From positions 124,001 through 188,000 of IMG/VR virus record IMGVR_UViG_3300017963_000192: a stretch of DNA of 64,000 nt; one strand, 5' to 3'. Below are positions 46,399 through 56,200 of the stretch, in pieces. Below the pieces are notes generated by a model. It saw only the letters and a list, made by a program, of their open reading frames with translations. It was not told where the DNA came from and searched no databases. The position numbers were made by a program, and so were the translations under genes. Position 1 is the stretch's first letter; every line of letters begins with the position of its first letter.

Positions 46399-46986
46399 AT
46401 GCCGAGAACACTTGTTGACGAAAATAACATAAGTCCAAATACTTTTACTAATACAATGGAAGAAGTGTTTGGTAGATTTGAAGAAATGTATAAGCAGTTT
46501 CAAGAAGGTTTTTCTTATGATGAGTTTAGTAGTGTCAAAGTTCTTTTTGATACGAATATGGTTCGTTTAGATGATGTTACTGACATAGAGATAATAATAG
46601 ATGAGATAAACAAAGTTTCTGGAAGAATATTTATGTATGGTGCTTTATATGAATCGCAACAAAGAGTTCTACATCAATTAGAGGATGAGTATGAAATATG
46701 GTTTGCTGAAAAGTATGTCATCGTGGATTCAAACCCAGAACCAGCAGAAGATACTACAGAAGTAGGGAAAAAGATTAAAAAAAAGAAACAACGAACCGAA
46801 ACACAAAAAGAACAATTAATAATTGTTGCTTATGGTGATGAGTATTCCGCATTTAAAGAAAGAATTAGGAACGAAACTAGAAGATTAGGTTTAGTTAAAA
46901 GAGTTGTTAATAGCCTCGATAGTTATTCCTACAAGCTTCATAGTATTTTAAACTACAGACAAATAGCATTACAAAAAGGATTATAA
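46399..46986 (+). CDS. helical protein, possibly UvsY-like
   Basis: coiled-coil pattern EDEYEIWFAEKY..RTETQKE. Confidence 0.4.
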   Translation: MPRTLVDENNISPNTFTNTMEEVFGRFEEMYKQFQEGFSYDEFSSVKVLFDTNMVRLDDVTDIEIIIDEINKVSGRIFMYGALYESQQRVLHQLEDEYEIWFAEKYVIVDSNPEPAEDTTEVGKKIKKKKQRTETQKEQLIIVAYGDEYSAFKERIRNETRRLGLVKRVVNSLDSYSYKLHSILNYRQIALQKGL

Positions 46987-47333
46987 AATTAATAATTTTT
47001 TTAAAAAAATTGTTGACTTTTTTATGTCTCTTATATACATTGAGTTTAATGTATGATGTGTGTATAAATTAAAAAAATTTAATTTTATCATTAAAATTTT
47101 TAATTATTTAATTAATATTTATTAGTTATATGAGGGATTAGATGATTACGTGGATATTTATAGCGTGTGGCATACTTTTCCTAATTACGATAATAAGGAT
47201 TATCGTCTCTGTCAAAGTTATTACAAAAGATCCTGATGATTTACAGGTTCGATTAGACGTAAAACAAAAGATGATGAAATAATATGAATAAGATGATGCC
47301 TATTTTTAAGAATAAAAATGACAGAGGGAAATT

Positions 47334-47757
47334 ATGGAACTTAATGTTGAAGAGGCATCAAGAAAAATTTGTCCCATGTCTTTTTCTGTTTACGTTTTAG
47401 AAGATTCTGATTATAAAGAGAGTGTTTATTCTATGTGTAAATCAGAAAAGTGTATGGCATGGTCGTGGACAAAGGAAGAGGAAAAGAAAGGTTATTGTAA
47501 ATTCATAATTAATAAAATTGGATAGGAGATTAACTATGGCTGAATTACTTAAATTTTGGAAGATTCAAACATATAGTCCTGATGAGTTTTTTAAAAAAGT
47601 TTGCAATGCTGAAGATGAGAAAATTATATCGAGAAAGCAAGGAAAGAGTCTTATTAATCTTTTTTCAAGATTAAAGAGTAAGACAAGTAATAATCTGTCA
47701 AAGAAGGATAATAAATGTATCGATACTGTCTTTGAATTTTTGGAAATCGTGTTTTAA
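47334..47757 (+). CDS. two small hypothetical ORFs (47334-47525 Cys-rich; 47518-47757)
   Basis: KICP..CKSEKCMAW..GYC motif in the first. Confidence 0.5.
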
Positions 47758-47760
47758 ACA

Positions 47761-48459
47761 TTGAGTTTTATTATGAACGCAGTAAAATTAAACACTACAG
47801 CAGTTAATAATTATTCTAAAAGACCTTTTAGAATAATTTTATTTTTAAGAAGTTTTTTTTGTGTTTTTAATTTTCTTTTTATCAAATTACGGAATAATTT
47901 ATTTGGATATTCTAGTAATTGTAAACATATTAATAAAACTTCTTTTAGACCAGTTGCTGACATAGAAGAAAGAAAAACAAATATTTATGATTTTAATAAG
48001 ATTAAAAAAAATAGAAAGAAACATAAAAGAATAAAAACATCTAAACGATATAAAAAGTCCCACCTAAAATTTAAATTACCGTCCATAGGATTACCTTCTA
48101 TTAACTTCCCTAAAATAAATTGGGACGTATTTATTCCATTTTTGAAAATTGTTTTTAAATATCTTTTTATATTATCGTTGTGCTTTTCTATAGTATTTGG
48201 ATTTTTATGGTTATTTACATCAGAGATACTAGATATACTTAAAACAGAACAAGATTTGACTAGAAAAAAAGTAATTAGGTCAATAGTACTTGAAGAAGTT
48301 ACTCCAGAGAGAGCAAGAGTTGAAAGTTTTTCAAACAGATTAATAGAAGTAGAAGAGGCTTTGAATTTAAAAAAGAATCCACAACTTAAACCGAAAAAGA
48401 AGAAAAAGAGAAAATATCGAGTTATGAACAGTAAAAAAGTAAAATACATTATAAGGTAA
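47761..48459 (+). CDS. membrane-anchored basic protein
   Basis: single TM segment followed by coiled coil. Confidence 0.5.
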   Translation: MSFIMNAVKLNTTAVNNYSKRPFRIILFLRSFFCVFNFLFIKLRNNLFGYSSNCKHINKTSFRPVADIEERKTNIYDFNKIKKNRKKHKRIKTSKRYKKSHLKFKLPSIGLPSINFPKINWDVFIPFLKIVFKYLFILSLCFSIVFGFLWLFTSEILDILKTEQDLTRKKVIRSIVLEEVTPERARVESFSNRLIEVEEALNLKKNPQLKPKKKKKRKYRVMNSKKVKYIIR

Positions 48460-48465
48460 TTTATT

Positions 48466-49116
48466 ATGATTAAGAAAAAGGATGTATCAAAAGTTGTTAA
48501 AGATAGGAGAACCCATTATCATTTACCAAAAGCTCATTTTAGAGTTTTATTAGGAATTGTTATAGCCTTGTTTGTAACATCTTTTGTATCTACCACTATA
48601 ATAGTTGTGTCGAGAAATGAATCTATTGATTCAAATTCTTATTTAGGCAGATTGAAAAAAGCAAAAGAAAAATATGAATATTTTACTGAGAAATTAACAA
48701 CTCTTGAATTGCTTAATTATTGGACAAATAATTATGTAGATGTCGAATATAAAAAAAATGGAAACATTAAATTTAAGGAAGCTGATTGTGTATCAGCAGT
48801 ATACCATTGTTTGGAACATTATGGATATTTAAGAAGCATTCTTAATGTTAATAGTATGGTAAGAGAACTGAAAAGGACAAAATCGAAAAGAATCTCAAAC
48901 AAAAAAGAATTACGACCTGGAAATCTTTTGTTTCTTAATGAACATGTTGCCCTTGTAGCTGGACTAACTCCTTCAGGATTAATTATTTACATTGATGTTA
49001 ATGGTAAGAATATGGGGTTTGGGATTAACACTATAAAGTTTGATTCTAAAAGAATCGAAGGAATTTATAAAATGTCATTCGAGATGTGGGCTGGAGATTT
49101 AATAAATCAAGTGTAG
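48466..49116 (+). CDS. membrane-anchored NlpC/P60-like peptidase
   Basis: N-terminal TM; ADCVSAV, LRPGNLLF, HVALV. Confidence 0.65.
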   Translation: MIKKKDVSKVVKDRRTHYHLPKAHFRVLLGIVIALFVTSFVSTTIIVVSRNESIDSNSYLGRLKKAKEKYEYFTEKLTTLELLNYWTNNYVDVEYKKNGNIKFKEADCVSAVYHCLEHYGYLRSILNVNSMVRELKRTKSKRISNKKELRPGNLLFLNEHVALVAGLTPSGLIIYIDVNGKNMGFGINTIKFDSKRIEGIYKMSFEMWAGDLINQV

Positions 49117-49124
49117 GCACATAT

Positions 49125-49484
49125 ATGGTATTTCCTAAATTAGATGAATTTTATATTAATCTTTCCTACATTATTCAGTACATTGTGTATTATGGATATA
49201 CTATCAATGAAAGAGGATACAAGAAAAAATTCGGTAAAGAATTGGATTACCTTGTAAACCTAGAAATTATAGAAAAATATGAATTAGTATTATATAAAAC
49301 CCCCAAGTTGATAATGTGTGATGTATCTTTTACGGTTAAATCTAATAAAAAATATAAAACTTACGAGGTCAGATTAGACTTAACTAAAAATATGCATAAT
49401 GGTGTCTCGCTTTTACATAATAATAATGTATATTTTTTTGATGTATTTTGTATAAGCTATGGAAAAGATAGCGGATTATTGTAA
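49125..49484 (+). CDS. hypothetical protein
   Basis: ORF; start uncertain. Confidence 0.4.
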   Translation: MVFPKLDEFYINLSYIIQYIVYYGYTINERGYKKKFGKELDYLVNLEIIEKYELVLYKTPKLIMCDVSFTVKSNKKYKTYEVRLDLTKNMHNGVSLLHNNNVYFFDVFCISYGKDSGLL

Positions 49485-49504
49485 AGGAAGACGTATATTA
49501 AAAT

Positions 49505-49687
49505 ATGGGAAATCTCATAAAATTTTGTATTGAATGTGGTACTTGGACAAATCAGATTGAAGTTAAGCCTAATAAATTCAAATGTTTGGGATGTAAGAAA
49601 ACAAGCCACATTTTCAATCCCATCTTCAATTCAGAAGAACTGCAAAAAATAAAAAATAGATTGACAAAAAAATTAGTTGAAGAATAA
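49505..49687 (+). CDS. small zinc-ribbon protein
   Basis: CIECG..CLGC. Confidence 0.55.
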   Translation: MGNLIKFCIECGTWTNQIEVKPNKFKCLGCKKTSHIFNPIFNSEELQKIKNRLTKKLVEE

Positions 49688-49985
49688 AAAAGTTGTTGAA
49701 AAGTTAAGGGCGATATTAAGAATGATTAATCAAGAAAATCGTAAAGATGAAATTGAGAAAACTTTAATTGGCATAATTTCAAAATGTTTGTGTATAGATG
49801 GGTCGGAGATAGCACCAGAATCAAACCTCTTTAACGATTTAAGTATTGACGATTTAGATTTTATAGAAATTTTAACAACAATTGAAGGGCTTCTGAACAT
49901 AGAGATATCAGAATCGGAATCTGATGTCTTTTCAAGTGTTCAGAGCTTATTAGATTGTGTTGAAAATAAATTACAAGAAAATTAA
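49677..49985 (+). CDS. acyl carrier protein-like, lacking the conserved Ser
   Basis: IAPESNLFNDLSIDDLDFIEILTTIE..IEISE..SVQSLLDCV. Confidence 0.75.
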   Translation: MKNKKVVEKLRAILRMINQENRKDEIEKTLIGIISKCLCIDGSEIAPESNLFNDLSIDDLDFIEILTTIEGLLNIEISESESDVFSSVQSLLDCVENKLQEN

Positions 49986-50190
49986 CGTGTGTGTTAAAGT
50001 AGGAGTATAAGAAGACAAAGGTGGGGAATTCGTTTGTAAGAATAGGAGAAACTTTGGACTGATTTTTTGACATAGTACTACAATAACATTATTGCACGTA
50101 ATTTTAAATGCCTTTTTAGTTCAATAAAAATCAATAAAATCTAAAAAGCTCATTTAATAATCAATAAAAAACCAATGGAGGTATTTTAAA

Positions 50191-51432
50191 ATGATTTATG
50201 CATTAGAAACTTATTTTGGTGAACTGGATGAATCTGGTTCGTCAGGAGACTACGCAGTAGAAAAAACTATTACTTCGGACTCTAACGGAAACCCGATTAA
50301 CAACGTTTTAAGGATTGTAAATCCCGATTCAGTATTCAAGTATTGGAGATCTTGGCCAGCTTGTGATGATGGAGAAGTTCGTCCTTTTATAATTGCGAAT
50401 GATTATGAGGGTGACGGAATTCTTGCCAAGCTTTTAGGGGATTATCATCCTTTTAAATGGTTTGTTGGGGGTATTCTAGAATCAACGAAAGATGAGAATA
50501 ATCAGAAAAAGTATATTTATGAAGAGACTGACCCTGAACTTATACTTCAAATAGCTTACAACAATGATAGATCTGGTGGTTCTGGGCATTGGAGACCTCG
50601 AAAAGAGTACGCTTTTAATATTATTGACAGACAGCCTGAATCAAAAGGAGAGCATGTAGGTCAAAACTGGTGTGCTGTTAACTCTCATACTAAATTATTA
50701 AGAATGCCATCAACCGCTTTGGAACAGTTAAAAGCTGTTTATGAAGCTAATGGTAAAGTTGATGAATATGATATTAATTATACAAAGCAAGGCAAAGGCA
50801 GAAACACAAAACACTACATTCAAAGAGCTGGAGAAAAATTACCTAATATCGTAATAGGGTATCTCACACAAGAAGAAAAAACATATCAAACCTATGATTT
50901 AAAAGAAGAGTGTAAACTCTCATCTGCACAATACATATTAAAGTATCTAGCAAATACCATACAAAGAGTAGACGGTGTTTTGGGTACAAGTTATTATCAA
51001 GAACTACAAAAACAGGCTGAAATTGAAAAAGCCGAATGGAACGCCCAAAAACAGGATGCTGCTCCAGTTAATGTTGCGACAACATCTCCTCCGCCTACAA
51101 CAACGCCTTCCCCTACTGTGGTTCAACATACTCCACCACAGCAACAAACTCAACCACCAAGTACGGAGCAGGTTCAACAACCTCAAGCGATTCCAACACC
51201 GCAAGAACAGACTCCTCCAGCAGCACCTGTGAGGAGTAGGGTTCCAATTGCTTCTGACGAGAAAACGATAGATTGTCCGTTCTGTAAAAAGAGCATACCA
51301 GAGTCTTCAGAAACTTGTCCTGAATGCAATAACAAGTTAATGGAACCCTGTGATAAATGTAAGACTCCTTTTAGTATTCTCGAAACAACGTGTCCTAATC
51401 CAGACTGTAAAGCACAGTATAAGGTTGGTTAA
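50191..51432 (+). CDS. putative ssDNA-binding protein with Pro/Gln linker and double zinc ribbon
   Basis: WRPRKEYAFNIIDR, YDINYTKQGKGRNTKHY (gp32-like pattern); four CxxC-type pairs at the C-terminus. Confidence 0.55.
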   Translation: MIYALETYFGELDESGSSGDYAVEKTITSDSNGNPINNVLRIVNPDSVFKYWRSWPACDDGEVRPFIIANDYEGDGILAKLLGDYHPFKWFVGGILESTKDENNQKKYIYEETDPELILQIAYNNDRSGGSGHWRPRKEYAFNIIDRQPESKGEHVGQNWCAVNSHTKLLRMPSTALEQLKAVYEANGKVDEYDINYTKQGKGRNTKHYIQRAGEKLPNIVIGYLTQEEKTYQTYDLKEECKLSSAQYILKYLANTIQRVDGVLGTSYYQELQKQAEIEKAEWNAQKQDAAPVNVATTSPPPTTTPSPTVVQHTPPQQQTQPPSTEQVQQPQAIPTPQEQTPPAAPVRSRVPIASDEKTIDCPFCKKSIPESSETCPECNNKLMEPCDKCKTPFSILETTCPNPDCKAQYKVG

Positions 51433-51987
51433 ATGTATTTGGGATTGGATTTGTCATTATCGGGTAGTGGTGTTGTTGTAATTGATTCCAGTTACAGCAT
51501 TATTCACAAAGAACTTCTCTCTACACCAATGAAGGGTGTAGAGAGATTGTTCTTTCTCGAAGAGAAATTTGTGAATTCGATTTCTAAATATATTAGAGAT
51601 TTAAAATTAGTGTGTATAGAATCTCCAGCCTATGGGGTTTCAGAAGGAAATCTTTTTAGTTTAGGTCAATGGGGCGGAATAGTAGAATTAAATCTTTTTA
51701 AGTTAGGATTGAAATTTATTTATGCAAGTCCAACACAATTAAAGAAATATGTACTAGGTTCTGGAAAAGGACAAAAAACATTAATGCTATTAAAAACTTT
51801 TCAACAATTTAATGAAGAATTTGATGATGATAATATTTGTGATGCTTATTCCTTATCAAGGATTGCCCATGATTATCATTTTAAATATGAATTGAATAAA
51901 GATATTAAAACTAAAAAATATCAATTGGAAGTATTAAAAAGTATACACAAGAGTTTGACAGAGAAAGATGATGGAACTGTTATATGA
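51433..51987 (+). CDS. ruvC: RuvC-like Holliday junction resolvase
   Basis: YLGLDLSLSGSG, VCIE, PTQLKKYV.G.G, DNICDA. Confidence 0.85.
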   Translation: MYLGLDLSLSGSGVVVIDSSYSIIHKELLSTPMKGVERLFFLEEKFVNSISKYIRDLKLVCIESPAYGVSEGNLFSLGQWGGIVELNLFKLGLKFIYASPTQLKKYVLGSGKGQKTLMLLKTFQQFNEEFDDDNICDAYSLSRIAHDYHFKYELNKDIKTKKYQLEVLKSIHKSLTEKDDGTVI

Positions 51988-52541
51988 GTAAAGCATTTTC
52001 TCATGATAGGGTGAACACGGGAAAAGAGGAATGGTTAACTCCTCCAGAAATAATAAAAGTACTGGGGGAGTTTGATTTGGATCCTTGTGCTCCTATAACC
52101 CGTCCTTGGGATATGGCAAAGAATCATTATACTATTAATGATCATGGATTGTTACAGAAATGGGAGGGGAGAATTTGGCTTAATCCTCCCTATGGTAACA
52201 AAACACATGATTGGTTGTTAAAATTAGCAAATCATGGCAATGGTATTGCTTTGACATTTGCTAGAACAGAAACGCTTATGTTTTTTGATTGTGTTTGGGA
52301 TAAAGCAGACGCTGTTTTCTTTTTTAAGGGAAGATTAAAGTTTTATCATAGAGATGGAAGTGAGGGAGATACTGCCGGAGCACCGAGCATTTTAATAGCA
52401 TATGGTTTTGATAATGTAGTATCTCTTAAAAATAGTGGGTTAAATGGTAAGTTCATTTTATTAAATGAAGAATATAAAGTTAAATTAAAAGAAAATGAAA
52501 TTAAAGACAATATAGTTGAAGAAGTTTCATTATTTAATTAA
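51984..52541 (+). CDS. phage DNA N6-adenine methyltransferase
   Basis: EWLTPP, FDLDPCA, WLNPPYG, ARTET, GRLKF. Confidence 0.9.
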   Translation: MSKAFSHDRVNTGKEEWLTPPEIIKVLGEFDLDPCAPITRPWDMAKNHYTINDHGLLQKWEGRIWLNPPYGNKTHDWLLKLANHGNGIALTFARTETLMFFDCVWDKADAVFFFKGRLKFYHRDGSEGDTAGAPSILIAYGFDNVVSLKNSGLNGKFILLNEEYKVKLKENEIKDNIVEEVSLFN

Positions 52542-52553
52542 GGAGGGAGTCAG

Positions 52554-52775
52554 ATGTTAGATAAGCTTAAAGAAATTTTTGGAGATATGTCTAAGTGGAT
52601 TCTTTTAGGCATAGTAGGAATTGCTGTAATACTAGGTATAGTTCTTTTTGTTTTTATAATTAAAAACATTAAGATTGTTATCATATGTGGTGTTATAGCA
52701 TTGGTAGTTGGAGTTGTTGGTTATATTCTCTATATGAAATTTAAACCTAAAGCTTCAGAATTATTAATATTTTAA
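52554..52775 (+). CDS. small two-TM membrane protein
   Basis: two hydrophobic helices; GGAGG RBS. Confidence 0.6.
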   Translation: MLDKLKEIFGDMSKWILLGIVGIAVILGIVLFVFIIKNIKIVIICGVIALVVGVVGYILYMKFKPKASELLIF

Positions 52776-52804
52776 ATATGGGAGAGGTTAAATCTCTCCC
52801 ATAT
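52776..52804. other. perfect 11-bp inverted repeat (terminator or processing hairpin)
   Basis: ATATGGGAGAG-N7-CTCTCCCATAT. Confidence 0.6.
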
Positions 52805-52815
52805 ATTAATTTGAA

Positions 52816-53277
52816 ATGAATTTTGAACCGCCTGTTGGATATAGGGTGTTAATTATAAGGACTTTAGAAAGAGGTCACGAAATTAAGTATTATCAAGATG
52901 GGAAAGTATTTACATTAGAAAAAGCATTAGAAATAGTTAAGGTAGCAATCCCTATGTTAACTCCAAACAGAGAAGAGAAAAGACAAAACGGTAGACGTTT
53001 CAAAGAAGACGGTGAAGAAATGTTTACTTTAACTGCTCAAGATCAGCATGGAGTGATGGTTAAGGATGAAGCTATTCCTAAAAGAAGAATAAGAAGACTT
53101 ACCCCTAAAGAATGTGAACGTTTGATGGGATTGGAAGATGATTGGACGAGATGGGGTATTGATGAAGATGGTAATGAATATGAAGTCTCGGATACACAAC
53201 GCTATCGGATGGCTGGAAATGGTGTTGTAGTAGACGTTGTAAGAGAGATTATAAGGAGATTGGTTAATGCAAGTTGA
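52816..53277 (+). CDS. C-terminal fragment of a C5-cytosine methyltransferase
   Basis: RRLTPKECERLMG (motif IX), QRYRMAGNGVVV (motif X); no motif I or PC motif. Confidence 0.7.
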   Translation: MNFEPPVGYRVLIIRTLERGHEIKYYQDGKVFTLEKALEIVKVAIPMLTPNREEKRQNGRRFKEDGEEMFTLTAQDQHGVMVKDEAIPKRRIRRLTPKECERLMGLEDDWTRWGIDEDGNEYEVSDTQRYRMAGNGVVVDVVREIIRRLVNAS

Positions 53278-56200
53278 AGAAATAAGAGCCATACCTCAAG
53301 GAATCAGAACTCGACCTCAGATGTTGGACAAGGTTTTTGATAACAAGTTCTGTAAAAAATGTAAGCTCTATCAATGTGCAAAGAATCCTTATATAGAAGG
53401 AAGGGGCAATAAGAATGCTAAATTATTAATTATAGGTGAAGCTCCTGGAAAAAATGAAGATGAGATGGGACAAGTTTTTGTAGGAAGTTCTGGAAAGACT
53501 TTGCAGGAAAGGCTTAATAGATATGATATTGATTATTATATAACCAACGCTGTAAAATGTTTAGACGGTAAATCCTTAGTAAAAACAAAAGAAGGTAATA
53601 AGCGGATTAATTGGATAGTAAAAAACAAATGGGATGGTGAAGTTCTTTCTATTAATAAAGATGGTGAGTTTGTCTGGAAAAATATTTATGGTTGGCACAG
53701 AAGTCTCATTAATAATAGAGACATATATAAAATATCAATAATAGATGGTAAAAACAATCCAAATGGAAAACCTAACATTTTAGTAACAGAAGATCATATT
53801 ATTATTACTGAAAGAGGTGAGGTTTTAGCAAAAGATCTTGTTTCTGGAAAGGATAAAATTGCTACTGGAACTCCTTATTTTGGAGGACATAGATCAGAAC
53901 AATTAATTATTGGATCATTGATGGGGGATGCGTTTGTTTCAAATAGAAATTATTTAGAAGAAAGACATTCTCTGAAACAAAGAGAATACCTACTTTTAAA
54001 AACCAAATTGTTGGAATATTGGAAACCCTCTATAAGTAAAGGAACTATTAGAAACAACAAAAAATCTTATTCTTATATTGGGTATAGGATTTCAAGTACA
54101 TTATTTTTTAAACAATTAAGGAAACAGTTTTATAAAAACGGGAAAAAAATTTTTCCCGAACATTATGTAAATAGATTAAATATTTTTGGACTAGCTATAA
54201 TTTTTATGGATGATGGCTACGGTAGATATTATGATAATAATAAGCATTCGAGAAGTGAGGACACGTTTCAAGTTGAAATTGCATTAGGAAAGATTGATGA
54301 AAAATCAGCCAAAAACATTGTGAACAGGTTTAAAGAATTAGGGTATGATGTATATGTTACAAATAAAGATATTTATAGATTAAGATTTAAATATAAAAAG
54401 GCTTATAAATTCTTAAAGGATATTGCAAAATATGTTCCCCATAGTATGAGGTATAAGTTGCCCGAATCTTTGAGAGATTATCCTTTTATGGAAAGTGCTT
54501 ACAAACCAGAAAAAACAAAGACATACTATTCTGAAATAAATGTTTCAAAAGTGGATTATTCAAAATTATCTAATTCAAAATCGGTTTATTGTATTGATGT
54601 AAAAGATACTCATAACTTTGTAACACCTTCTGGAGTTGTTCATAATTGTAGACCTACAGATGCTCAATCTAAAAATAGAACTCCTAGACCTGTTGAGATT
54701 AAATGTTGTCTTCCTTTTACAATGAAAATAATAGAAGAAATAAAGCCTAAAGTTATATTAACATTAGGAAGAATACCGATGTCTCAAATACTTGGATTGA
54801 ATTTAAGTATGAAGATTATGAGAGGGCATACCTATTACCATCCAGAATTAAATGTTACAATAATTCCCACATACCACCCTGCATATTTAGGGAGAGTTAA
54901 CGATGCTTTATATTACAAACAATTCGAAAATGATTTATTAATTGCTAATAATTTAGCGTATGCTCCGGCAAAAAGAATATTACCACCGTCACCAATTTCT
55001 ATGAAAGATCCAATAGAAATAAAGGAGTATTTAGAATCATTATTAAACGTTGATGCTATTGCAATAGACTTAGAAACAAGTGGGACTGATCATATTAATG
55101 ATAAAATAACTGATATATCTTTTTGTGCTAAAGCTGGTGAGGGTGTTCACATATCTTGGGATGATATAATACCTCATTTTGAATTATTGAGTGAGGTAAT
55201 GATGTCAGATGCTGTTAAGGTTGGTCAGAACTTTACTTTTGATATAAAGTTTTTAAGAATGGCTGGAGTAGATGTTAACAATTATTCTTTTGATACCTTA
55301 CTAGCAGAACATATGTTAACAATGAGTTATGAAAAGAAAGAAGTGAGTGGTTTGTATAAATTGAAGAACATGGCATGGAAAGGAACTCCTATGGGAGGTT
55401 ACGAAGAAGTTCTTGGCTCTGGAGGAATCAAAAAAGCGGTTAAAAAGAAAGAGAAAAAGAAAGATGAAGATGTTTTTCAAGGAAATTTATTTGAAAATCC
55501 TAATGAAAAAAAGAATGAAGAGCTAGAAAAATTTGCAAACGTTATAGATGTTATTAGAAAGAAAAAGTTAGAGGATTCTGGATTAGAACCTTTAGAATAT
55601 TATTCAGCAATGGATGCGGACGTTACATTTAGACTTTTTCAAAGACAGAAACCTTTGATTGATAAAGATTTCTCTTTTCCTTTTTATGAAATAGTAATGC
55701 CGTTATCATGGACATTAATGAGAGTAGAGGAAAATGGTATTAGGTTAAATTCGGATTATATGAATTCTATTAAGATTGATAATCTAGAAAATATGGAAAG
55801 ATGTAAACAAGAATTATTTAATCTGGCAGGGAAAGAATTTAATTTAAACTCTACTGATGATTTAAAAGATTTAATATTTAATAAGTTAAAGATAACACCT
55901 AGTGATGAATTTAAAACCAAACCAAGCAAAACCTATCCTGATGGGCAGTACTCAACCGATGAAAAAGCAATAGCGTATTATAGCTCGAAAAATCCAGCAT
56001 TGAATTTTTTGATTGAATACAGAAAACTTTACAAAGAGAACTCTACTTATATAGACGGCTTTAAAAAATTTATGCAAGAAGATACTTGGAGAGTCCATCC
56101 TAATTATTTACAACACTCAACTGCTACTGGAAGATTGAGTTGTATTTCGGAAGGGACGAAAATAACGATGGTTGGAGAAGAAAGAAATATAGAAAATGTT

